Part shown: positions 10,815 to 23,800 of the stretch, piece after piece | Position numbering within the stretch: the first letter of the stretch is position 1 | Layout of the letters: the number at the start of each line of letters is the position of its first letter | Source of the DNA: Histomonas meleagridis 2922-C6/04-290x | Taxonomy: Eukaryota; Protista; Parabasalia | Reading direction: 5' to 3' | Assembly: GCA_020184695.1 (NCBI GenBank) | Contig: JAANOX010000232.1 | Span: 1 to 64,000, forward strand | Length of the DNA stretch: 64,000 nucleotides | Notes under the pieces: generated by a model | What the model saw: the letters and a program-made list of their open reading frames with translations, nothing else | What the model was told of the DNA's origin: nothing | Databases searched by the model: none | Made by a program: the position numbers and the translations under genes

Positions 10815-11840
10815 ATGAGTGATCTTGCGTCATTCTCGGGTTGGACCTTAACTCCAACAAATCCAGACACAAAGACAAACATACCGAATTCTCCTTACTA
10901 TAGATTACCGAGTCCAAACATGGAAACACCAGCTCCAATCAATGAAAATGAATCTCATTCACCATCTTTATCAATATCAGTACTTCCTGTTCCTTTCCCT
11001 ATAGAAACACCTAAAGTATCAAAAACGGGAAATTCTTCCCTTTTAGATACTCCTGAACCAAAAAAGACAAAATCACCAACAACTCCAGGAAAGCTTTCTC
11101 CAATACAACAAAAACTTTATAATGAGTTTCGAAAAAAGGCAATTCAACTTACACCTTCACCAAATAAAAATCCAATAAATGTTGAAAACGAATTCCACCA
11201 AACTTCAACTGTTGAAGAAGAAGAAATACCAGAAGTAGATTTGTCATCTGCTTTAGAAGGAGATAAAGTTAATATGAATCCAAATCGAATGTTTGACTTT
11301 TCTAAATGTGAAAATGATTACACTGATTTCCATGCGTTTTCTCCAAGGATTTCTCGTCTTTCAGGCAACTTAACATTTTTAAATGATACTTTTCAACCAA
11401 TACAAAATTCCATTCCAGAAGTTCATGAAGAAGAGCCTAACTTTGAAAACATACCTTCAGTTACTTCCCCTCGTGAAACATCACCAAGACTAAAACGTAT
11501 ACCAAGGATTTATAGTGAAGAAAATGAAATTGATGAAATACCTTTACCAATTAGAAAAAAGAAAATGAAGCTTCATGAACCCAAAGATATTTTGTCATCA
11601 ATTGAAGCGCCCAAACCAAAACGAAAACATCCTAAATTAAGGATAGAACCATTGACAAGAATCGAGATAACCGTTCAAAACCGTCCGCACAGATATGAGA
11701 TATTAAACGGTCGAATCACTATTAATGAAAACGGTCGCATTTGGACCGCCTCAAAAGGTGACAGCTTGATGTTTAACGTCGGAAGCAATTTAGTATTAGA
11801 AAATGATACTAACGAAGTCACTGAACTTGTACATATTTAA
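10815..11840 (+). CDS. Ser/Pro-rich disordered protein with a C-terminal cupin-like domain
   Basis: First ATG at 10815; many SP/TP sites. The C-terminus YEILNGRITINENG..ASKGDSLMFNVG..LENDTNEVTELVHI fits a cupin beta-barrel pattern. Confidence 0.65.
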   Translation: MSDLASFSGWTLTPTNPDTKTNIPNSPYYRLPSPNMETPAPINENESHSPSLSISVLPVPFPIETPKVSKTGNSSLLDTPEPKKTKSPTTPGKLSPIQQKLYNEFRKKAIQLTPSPNKNPINVENEFHQTSTVEEEEIPEVDLSSALEGDKVNMNPNRMFDFSKCENDYTDFHAFSPRISRLSGNLTFLNDTFQPIQNSIPEVHEEEPNFENIPSVTSPRETSPRLKRIPRIYSEENEIDEIPLPIRKKKMKLHEPKDILSSIEAPKPKRKHPKLRIEPLTRIEITVQNRPHRYEILNGRITINENGRIWTASKGDSLMFNVGSNLVLENDTNEVTELVHI

Positions 11841-11864
11841 ACATTTTTATAATATAATTTTTTA

Positions 11865-14800
11865 TTAAATCGTAACAAAACAAGCAAGTGACCTCTGAAT
11901 CCAATGATCAAAGTTTTGCTTTGGAGAAGGAATATATAAACTCATTAAATAATTCGGTAATCCAATAGCTCCAGAGCCTCTATTTTGTGTTCTATATAAA
12001 GGACATTCATATAAAACAGCAACCTCAGATTTTTTCATTGGTTGATCACTTGGTAATAAATGTATAACGGGTAATACCGAAATTAATTCACGTTGTCCAC
12101 ATTCTGTTAAAGAATTTGAGGTTATATCCCATTTACCTCCTTCCATATATAAGCCTTCAATATAAACTCCATCTTCTGGGGCACCCGAAATTCGGAAGCC
12201 GTTATCATACTGCGTCACTTTTGTCGTCCAATGTAAAGTATCGAAAGGCACTGAATGTTTTCTGGCGTAAACCTGTAAAATTGCGGTTAGGAATTCTTCT
12301 GGATGAAAGAAAGCTCCTAACTTAAAGACAAATGGTTGTCCAAACTTAATCCATTGATCTAAGAAATCAATTCGTAGCTTTAGGTCCTTCAAGTAATCCT
12401 TTAAATTCAAAATCGAAGGAAAAGAATTATTTAACCATAAATCTGGTACTTTATTTGCTAATAATTTTTTCGAAAATGACTCTAATTCTTCATCAATGAC
12501 AATTAGACCTTTTAATCCATTCTTTAGTTTAATTAATGAATTTTTAATAATTTCCAATAAATTATTATATAATAAAATTTCATGATTCAAAACTGTATTT
12601 AATATTTCCGAAAGGTCGAATCTTTTAGTGAAGCTATGAACATTAAATAAGTTTGGAATATCATTCAATAATTCATCAATAAAATCTAATTGAAATTCAC
12701 CTTTAGATAATTTATTATTCGAATTAGAGATTAAAATTGGATGTATTTCTATCAGTGAGTTAAATATTAATGAAACGTTATTTTTGGATATAATTGTTGA
12801 AGCATTTAAGCCTAACCCGACATCTTCAGGCTTTGTATTTTTAGGCCATTTATTTAATACATCTAAAGTATCAGCTAAGTTATTATTAAAATTGGGGATT
12901 TGATAATTTTTCTGTAAGTTAATTTTTTCTTTGTTAAAGTATCGTCTCAAAAGTGACATCAATAAAATCCTATCGAATCTATCGGTAACTCTGCCTCCGT
13001 AAATCAGTTCACCTATGACGTACGTTAAGGCCTCGTAAGGAATTTCACTGTTCACTTCATTTAAGAAAGTTTTAATAAGTTTTTTGGATATATTAAAATC
13101 ACTTGGGTTAAACTCATAAGAAATATTCCAACCTAAAGTCCCAAATTGTAATCTTTCCAAGACAATTGAATGGAATATTGATAATTGGAATATCAACATT
13201 TTTTCTGTAATATTTAATTCATTATTATATTCATCCACATTAAAACTATTATAATTTCTTAACATATTCTTATTTAAGCCTTTAGGAATTTCATAAATTA
13301 ATTTATTACTTTGATATAAAATTCCAATTGGGAAATCTTTAGAAGACATAGTTACTAAACATAAACGAAATCTTTGATGAACTTTATCTATTTCTAAATT
13401 ATTTATAATGTTTTCAAGTTGTGGCATCCAAGAAAGTGATAAATGACAATTTTGTAATATAACCCAAAAACCTCTTTCAGAAGAATCTTTAATTAACTCT
13501 TCAGCTCCTTTTCCTCTACCTCTACCTAAAGAATAAGTTTTTATATATCTTTCAAGACTTAAAGTTGTAGCGACATTAATAATTTCTTGTAATGGATCAA
13601 TTCCAGGTGTAATAATAAAGATAATTGGTGATAAAGGAGAAGATTCTTTAAATATCTTTAATAAATTTAATGATGGCGAAGAAACAAATTCATCTCCAAG
13701 TGTAATACTAATGAATTTACGTAATCCTTCTTGAATTCGATATGAATGGAATACTCTTAAAATTAATAACTTTTGGAATTCATTTAATTCTAATGAATAA
13801 GGAATATCGAAATTTTCAGGTTTATTCGTAATTAAATATTTTTTCCATTTTGTTTCGTTTTGTTTAATTTCATTAATTATATTTGAAAATATTGGATTTA
13901 CATTAGTTAACGTTAACAACAACAACCAAATGTCATTAGGTAACCAATCAAATGAATTCTTTATTGGGTTTTTAGGTTGATTTGGTGATAATAAGAATGA
14001 AAGTTCTTTATAAGTAATCTTTTGTTTACTTAATAATAATCGAATAGTCATTAAAGTTGTAAATAATAATTTATGTTTAGAGAATAATGAGTTCGAAATG
14101 TTTTGATAAAATTGTTTCGATATTGAATTATTAATCTTTTCAATTAATTGTTGATGATTATTCGGATGTTCACTTTGTATTATTGACGTCTTAAAGATAT
14201 TTATAAACCATTTTAATGAGAATTGATACATTGGATCAATAATCGAAAAATCGGAAGCACAAAAATATAAAATTGATGAATGAAATGCAACTGAATGAAA
14301 CTTTTCTTTGAATATATTAATTTGTTTTTCTGTTTCAATTGAGTCTTTCATTTGTTGAGATATTAAATTCGAAGTTTTTTGTGCATCTGTTAATGTATTA
14401 ATAGCGTTATTATCTTCAAGTATATCTTCATTCGAATTAGATACTATTTGTAATATATCTTCTTCAACTTTTTCAAGCTTTTTCATATTTTCAACATTCG
14501 AATTCATTAATTGAATTCTTTTATGATCTAAATCTTCTTGTTCTACTTCGATTAAATTATTTAATAATAAATCTATTAATCCTTCTTGTGTAGTTGTAAA
14601 ATCGATTAAACAAACTTTCGAACAAATTTCAGGTGAATATTGAGGATTTGGATATTTTGTTGATAAATATAATTTAAACTTTTCCGAATAATTTATTAAT
14701 TCGCCTCCAATTTGTATCTTTTTAGTTCCATCTATAAAAATAACTTCATGTGATAATATTGGTTCTATTAAAGGATCTAATTTTAATCCGACATTTTCAA

Positions 14801-17800
14801 TTAATACTTCTAAACCATTATTTAAACAATTTTTAATTTGTTGTAAGAAATCATTTTGATTAAACTGTAAAATAACTAATGATTTATTCTTAATATTACG
14901 CAACCATTTTGTTCCATTTAATTGTGGATCGATTAATAAAGGAAATGAATTTGTGTTTTCAATGATTAATGCATTTTCGATTGATCGTGAATCATTATAT
15001 AAACCTTTATTAATCCAATCTCTAATTATTGGTTCATTTCCTAAGATTTGTTGTATAGAAAAGTTATCATTAAAATTAATATTTTCTAAGTTTAAGAATT
15101 CTTTCCATTTTTTAATCAAGTTTAATCGATAATTAGGTGAATAAGAACCTAAATAAGTTAAACAACTTGATATTAATAAACTATTACCTAAATGATAATC
15201 TGTTAACTTTAATAAGTTTTCAGAACATTCTTTCATGCGTTTAGTTTCACCACTTAATCCATTAATGATTTTTTCTGCTCGATTTAATTTGATTTGTGTA
15301 TTTTCTACACTTTTAGCTAAATCTTGTTCATTTTGTTTCTCTTTTTCAACATGATTTATTAAATTATTTAATTGTTCTTCAATCGAATTTAAATGATCTC
15401 TTTTTTCTTTTAAGTTTTCTTCAGTGATTTTTAACTTTTTTATTGATTCATCAGCTTCTTTCTTTAATGGTAATATATCTTGATATATAAACCAATAATC
15501 ATAAGTAGCACAAACCCATTTATATAAATTAGCAACTGCTTGATAACCATTTTGAACTGCTTGAAGTTTTTCATTTCTTTGTTGTTGATTAGCTCCAACA
15601 TATTTCTTTAATTTAACTATAGTTTGTTTAGTCAAATTTTCGACTTGAAAGTTTTTAATGTTTTTAATAAATTGTACATCATTTAATAAAACTAAAGTTT
15701 CTGGCCAATAATCATCGATTTTAACTCCTGGAATATTACTTTCTATTTTCTTAGGTTGTCTACCAAATATAATACAAATAGCTTCAAAAGTTTCTTTTAA
15801 CACTGGATGAATTTGTTTAAGTTGTTTAATATTAACTAATGATTCTTTATCAATACTATCGACTGCATTTTGTGCTGATTCTAAAATAGGTTGAGCTTCT
15901 AATAATTTATTTTGTGCAATATCATTAATTTCTTTAGCTTTTAATTGTTCATTCTCTGCTATTAAACTTTGTTCTTTAACTTCTTCTCGTGTTTTACTTA
16001 CTTCTAATTGTTTGTTTTGTAAATCTTCTAACATAACTTTGACTTCTTCTCTTTTCTTTTTTAATGTAGGTATATCTTTATCAAGTTTTAATCGTAATTC
16101 TTCTACTTGTTTCTTAGTAAATTGTATCTTTTCAACTGCTGTTGAATATTTAATATATTTCTTCTCAGTAATTTCTTTTTGTTTTTCATATTGGTTCTTA
16201 AATTCGGATATTAATTCAAAGAATCTTGAAGGTGTACAAGGAGTAAAACGATTAGTTTCATTATAATATTTTGTTGAAATTTCTTCAACAGATTTATGAA
16301 TTTTTACACAAATATTAATAATTTTATTTAAATCATTAAAATTGTTTTTAATTAATAAAGTATTACCAATACTTTTTAATGCATTATTCGACCATGGCAT
16401 ATACCAATCAATAATAGTTTCATTCCGAATAGGTCTAAATGATAACATTGAGTTTTTATATACTTTTGAATAAGGTGAAAATATTAAAATGATATGTAAA
16501 TTCTTAATAATTCGTTTCTTAAATAAATCCCAAGGTTCTTCATCAAAACTAATTTCTTTTTGGATAATATTCGAACGAATTTGTTGTATTTCATCTTGTT
16601 CAAATAAATTTATAATTTCACCTTGTGTTAATAAAATAGATATATCAGAAAGTTGATAATTATTAATAATTTGTGAATCAGATATAACAAAACCTGTTGG
16701 AATATCATCTTGTCCACATTGTATCATTAATTTCTTTAAATCATCATGCCATTCATTAAAATTATAACCTTTAGTAATTTGTATTTCGAATTGTTCTAAT
16801 CCCATAATAAATAATGATAGATTTGTTAATGATTTCCTTCCACTAGATTTAATACCAATTAATAAACAATGTCCATTATCCATTGATAAAATCCTTAATA
16901 AAGATAATAAATGTTGTATTGATTCTTTAAATAAAACGATGTCTAATTTCTTTAATGAAGTTTTATTATATTCTTCTAATTTTTCATTACATTTTGTGAC
17001 GAAATTATCAAATGTTTCATTAACTTCTTTATAATCATTATCAAAGTTATAATATAAAACATTTTCTTTTTCGAAATTAAGTTTAAAATATTTATATGTT
17101 AACTTATTAATTGTAGTTTTAAACCATTCTCTATCTTCTTTATTATTAAATCGATCATGAAATTCTTTTTGCATTTCATGATACCATAATTTAACAAATG
17201 AATTATCACTATTAATATTATTTGGTTTAACCATTAAAATCCCTTTTAATACACGTATTAAATTCCTTAATGAAAATATATAATGTAATTTAGTAGGAAT
17301 AGGTAATAAAGTTTTTACACATTTTTCATAAAATTCAACATTAGCTAATACTATTGAATTAATTGTATCTTTAATATAACTTGGATAATTAATTAATTTC
17401 AAATTATATAATGTTTTCAATATATATATTAATGAATTAGTTTTATATTTAGGAATATGTATAAAATAAAAATGTTTAAGTAATCTTTCCGAAATATTAT
17501 ATAAACCACCTTCAAAATTACCCATAGCACTTAAAAAAGTTACATTTTTTATATGTTGGAATTCTAATGTTTTAGTATCATAAAATCCATTAATTTCTAT
17601 AAGTTGTCTTATTAATTCTAATGGTGGTTGAGAACCAAATATTTCGGGTTTAATCGAGTTCAAATTATCTAAAAATAATATTAATTGTTGATTAGTACTT
17701 AATGGACTTAAAACATTATTTTTACGTCGATGTAAAAATGAAATTATATTTTGTAATAATTCGGATGATTTAATACATGAAGTTAAATTTAATGATTTAT

Positions 17801-20800
17801 AATCAAATTTTTCTTTATTAGTTAATAATGTATTCATAATAGTATTAATTATTAAAGTTTTCGATGTTTCAGGTCCTTGTAAAATTATATTTTTATTATT
17901 AGATACAAACAATCGTGTTAAATATAATATTGATGCTGTTTCATTTGTAGGTATATATTGTTGTTCTATAGGATAATTCTCTGTTAAATTAATTCCTTGA
18001 TTAGATTCACACCAAAGTTCCCAATTCAGTTTCGTTAAATTAGGATAATAATCATATACAGTATTCTTTAAAGGTATTTTTGTATTAGAATTTAATTTTT
18101 GCATTAAATCCCTTAAAAACTTATCAAATAAATCACGTGAATTATCCGACAATACTGAACCAAAACTCCAAATCATAGAAAAGATAAATATCATTTCAAA
18201 CATTAATTCTTTATCATTATTTAATTCTTCGATATCATTATTATTATTAAAAGGTGAAACATATAAATTTAAATCTTCATTATTATTATTATTATTAATA
18301 TCAGATCTTGCAGTATTAATTTTATTATCATTCAATAATAAATTAGAATAACAATCAATAATACGTAATATATTTTGTACATAAAACATTGGGTTTTTAC
18401 CAATTATTGGTATTGCATCAACTTCAACAAATTTTATTAATGAATCCATATATTGATCCATTAATTTCGAAATTAAATTACTAATTTCTTCATTACAAAA
18501 TGTATTTTTCCAAGATTCAATCAAAGCTTTCCAAGTTAATGAAGAAGTATCGAAATAAATCATTCCACAACGTGAAACAGTAGCAGGAGAAGCCTGATTT
18601 AAATTATCGACTTCAAACATTAATTTAATTTTATTCCCTAAAGAAATTCTTTCATTATTTGATAAACATAAAACTTTATTATCATCTAAAAGAGAATTCA
18701 TCGTTTCGATCCATAATGAATCGACAGGTCCATCAATTATAATCCATTTATATTCATTATTTTCATTTAATGAACTTTCCCTAATAATTTTAGATAAAAT
18801 TCCATCAGTCCAATTATTAGTTATCGGATCATATAAACCATAAAGTTCTTGAATAGTTATAGATTTAGGATTTAATATATTAATATTTATTGGTAAAATG
18901 TTTTCATTAACTTTCGAATATTCATTTAACGCAATTTGTAAACATTTCCAACAAGTAGTTTTACCAGATAATGAACCACCGATAAACATTAATCCATGTC
19001 TAACTAAAGTAGTTTCAAGAATTTCATTACATTTGATAGAATAAATTGGTAATAATTTCCGATTTAATTGATTAAATGCTATTTCTAAATATTTCATTAA
19101 ATCTTCATTAATGTTTTTATTAGAATTAATTTCAGGGAATATATCATGAATTATATTATCAAATAATAATATATCATTCGAAATTAATCGTGGCTTAATA
19201 CAATCAATAATACTTTCAACTAATATTAATGATTCATTTAATTCTAAGTTCTTTCGTTTAGATTTACTTGCAGTTTCTAAAATAGCTTTCATAACTCTTA
19301 ATCCCCAATCATAATGATTAATATTACTTAATTGTGTTCTACATAATTCAAACAAAGAAACTAATTTAATTGATAACTTTGTTGCTTCATTAAACCCACC
19401 AGAAAATAATAAAATTTCGGCAATGAATTGGAAATCTGGTATCATCATAGCTATAGGTCTAAATAAAGACTTTAAATTATCCGGTAATTCTGTTCTACCT
19501 GCATAACCAGGATTCATTGTAATACAGATAGCATAATTTGGATTTAATTTTAATGTACGTTGATCTAAGACAAATGTTTCTGAATTAGCATTAATAGAAT
19601 CTTGAATTATACGAATTTGTTGTGCTATTACTGATAATACTTCTATATTAATACGATTAAATTCATCAAAACAACTCCATGAACCTGATGTAATTAAACC
19701 AGCAAAAAATTGTGACATTTGTTCTGGTGTTACATCTTCACTACAATTATATACTATACAAGGTCGACCTAAAGCTTTAGCACAATCTTTAATAGTTTCC
19801 GTCTTACCTGTACCTGCAGGACCTGAAGGTGCTCCACCTAAGTTTTGTTTAAATGCTGATAATAATGTTTGATAACATCTATCTGTTAATGGTGTAATTA
19901 CTAAACGTGTAGAATTACCTATATATTCATATGAATATTCAAAGATATTATTAATAGATTTTATTATTACTGTTTCATTCTCCCAATAATAACGTAATTG
20001 TTGATTCCATTTAAAGTTATCAATATCAGATACTTCTTCTTTAATTAAATTGATAATTATATCACGATTATGTACTTCTAATATTAATAAACAAGAAATA
20101 ATTTGACGAATTGAAGGTGTCAAATTATTTTGTCTAATTAAAGAAGTTAAATTTTCTAAATTATTTATAAATTTGTTTTGTAATACTTTTAAATTTCGTA
20201 ATTTTTTATTTTCTAATGCATTAGTTACTTGTTGAGTCCATAAAATTTGATTAACTATTAATATAACTTGTGAAGGGAATTTAGATATATATTGTTCACG
20301 TTTAACTTTATTACTAATTGATAATAACTTTTTAATTAAATCTTTTATAGTAATTTTCATTTCATCTTCAAATAAATTTAACCAATCTTCGATTTCGATT
20401 GTATTAATATTTATATCATTATTTAATTTTATTGATTCTAAACCATTATCATTAATATGTGTAATATTTAAATCTTCATCAATTAAAACAGTAGCTATAT
20501 ATTCAAATAACTTTTGTATTGATTTTTGTATTATATTAACTTCTTTACTATGTGATAATATATTAATTAATTCATCATTCGATAAAAAGAAGAAACGTGG
20601 GAATGAAATTCGTTTTGTTTCGAGATAAATGTTTAATCCTTTAATAATTGATTCTAATAATTTATTACATTGTACTAAATCTTCATATAAATGTTCTTTA
20701 TGCATTACATTTAAAAACTCCGGATGTATATGTGTCGAATTCATTATTACGGTCCATATTTTATCAATAGTATTCCAATCACGTGATTCTTTATAAAGTT

Positions 20801-23800
20801 TTTGTTGAATTGTTGTTCCATCAAATATAGGTTGTAAATATAACCAATTTTTTTGGACTTCAATCCAAACTTCAATTATTAAATGACATTTACGTAAGAA
20901 TTCTAATTTTTCTAATGACCGATTTTTTACATGTTTAACATAAGGAGAAGTTAATAAGTTTTGTATCGATGTAATTTGATCATCAATTAATGATAAAATT
21001 TCATCGATTTCAATAAGTATAAATTTATTTGTATCTGTTTTATATTCGATTGTTTGGAATTTACAAGATTGTAATTCAATATCCATTTGATCTAAACTTG
21101 ATTCGATATTATATTCTTGTGTAGCTATAGTTGTAACTTCAAATATTTGTTGTGACCATTGATCCAAATTTAAATTTAAGAAATCTTTTAATGTAAAATC
21201 TAATGATGGTTGAATCTTAAATCCAACAATTTTAGATATAATTTCCCAATGTTGAGTTTTAATTCCTGGATGTCTTAACTTAGATATTAAAGGAATTTTA
21301 AGTTTAAATTCATTAATTTGTTCACTTAAAGGTTTTAATACTTTTTCTATTAGATTTGGATGTTGAACCAAATCTTTTTTAAGTTTTAATATTTGTTTAT
21401 TAGCTTGAATTAAGAAATTATTTATAATGTCTGGTTTTATTTGAGGAAATGGTTGATCTAACCATTGCGTATTATTATTTAACCAATCACTAGCAAGTTT
21501 CCATAAAGAAAATATACCAGAAAAATCTTGAATAATTTTAGTTAATATTCGACAAGAAAATTGTTCATAATTAAATATTTTCTCATGTGAATTAATACGT
21601 TCTTGTTGTTTCTTTAATTCTAATAACCTTTGATATATTTGTTGTGCTTGATCTATAGCATCAATTGTCATTTCTAAATCTTGATATTTAGATACAAATG
21701 TTGGTATTAATTGAGATACATCTAAAGTATCTGTTTCAAGTTTACGTTGATCTGTTCTTAAATCTCTAATCATTTTAATACGTTCTACTTGTAACATTCT
21801 ATCAGTTTCATCAATCATTAATGATAATTTATATGGCATTTGTAATGTTTTATATTTTTGTTCACATTCTTCATCAGTAATTTCGAATTTATATTCTTCT
21901 AAAAATGTTAATCTTTCGATGATTTGATTAAGTTTAATCGATCTTTCATTCATAGTTTCTAATACATTATTCATGAATTCTTTTAATGTGACTAATTCTT
22001 CTGGTGTTTGAGGTATAACTTTAAATTTGTTTTGAATGTTTTCAAATTCATTTTGTAATTCTTTTAACCCATTAATTCCAAATGTTTTTAATCGTGTTAA
22101 TAAACAAAATATTAAGGACTTACATTGATTAATTAATGATTGTTGAAATGTATTACAATCTAATTCGAAAATATTAATTTTATATTTTAATAATATTTCA
22201 TGTTGTGCTATATCAAGTAATTTACAAAATTCATTTAATTGTGTTCGATAATCTTCTAAATTACGTTTTCCTTCAGGATCAAATTCTTGTGCAAAATTTT
22301 CCGGATTTAATAACATCGTTGGTTCAATATATTGATATTTATTTATAAAATCATTTAAATCTTTAAATAACTTTTGGAATATTTCCGATAAAATATTTTT
22401 ATGATCATCAATAATATCTTTACAATCATCAAATGATATATTTAAAGGTTCTATTTCTATTATTGTTGATCCGATAGTACTTAATTGATTAGTTGAAGTT
22501 TCTAATTGTAAAAATAAACCAATAATTTGATCATGAAAACTATTTAATGTTGGTGAGAATTGTAATTTATTATCATTAAATATTAATTTTATTGAAAATT
22601 GTGGATTTAACATATTATTATTCTCCAAAAATTTTTCAAAAAAACTATTAAATTGAGTTACCGTATTTGTTATTAATAAAAGTAATACATTATGTAACAT
22701 TCGTGTAGCTAAATATTTCATTTTTGTGATTTTAATTTTCTCTTTATTATGATTAAAATCATATTCTTCATTAATAACTTTTGTAATTATCGAATCAACA
22801 TTATCTTGGATCGAAATTTTAAAATCATTTTTCGATTCTTCTAATTTCCGATATTGTTTTAACATGAAAGTTTCCAAATTTAATATCTCATTATTAAATC
22901 CAGGAGTTAAAAACGTGACATTTTCTACACCTTGAAATATATTCCATATTATCATAATACCATTTAAGATATTTACATTAGCCATTAAAAGTTCCGATGA
23001 AATTTTTTTTAATAATGCATTAAAATCATCAGGTTCATGTTCAATTAAACCTGAATTAGGAATTTTTTCAGGTTTTTTAATGATTTCTAAAAATGATTCT
23101 CGATCAGGTATTAATGGATTTAATTTTAATTCATATTCAAACTGTAATTGATTATTCATTCGCTTAAAATTATATTGGATTTCTTCCATTAATGAATCAA
23201 TTGTCTTTTGATCTTCTTCATTAATATTAATGTTCATTAAGTTAATAATATCTGTAATATCATCTTTAGATAGTTCTGGAAGATTTTCTATTGACATTTG
23301 TTGGATTCGATTATCAAATCGAATTTGTGATTCATATTCTTTACATGATTTTTTAGCAGATTCAATACGCTTTTGAAATAATGTTTCATCTTCGATAGCA
23401 AAACGTAAGTTAAATCGCGAAACTTTTTTTCGTTTTTTTGTCGAATCCCATTCAATTACAAATAATTTGGTTTCGGGATCATAACTTAAGACTGTACATT
23501 TGGCCCAATAATGATTACCATTGATCTCTTGATATTGAGAATATGCTGATGGATTTTCTAGAAGTTTTTCAATGGGATATTGTTCGAATGTTGAATCATC
23601 AAAATATTCTAATGGCATAAATGTGGAAGTTGATTCTTCTGTTTCTAATTTCTCCATTGGTGGGAGTTCTTTTGTGGTTTGACGAAATGTTGATTTAAGG
23701 ATTGAATCTAAATCAGTTGTAACTGTACCTGTTGGAAAATTAGTTCGTGGATTTTCAGTGGCTGTGGTACGTGGGCTTTTGATTTTATATACTGGACGAA

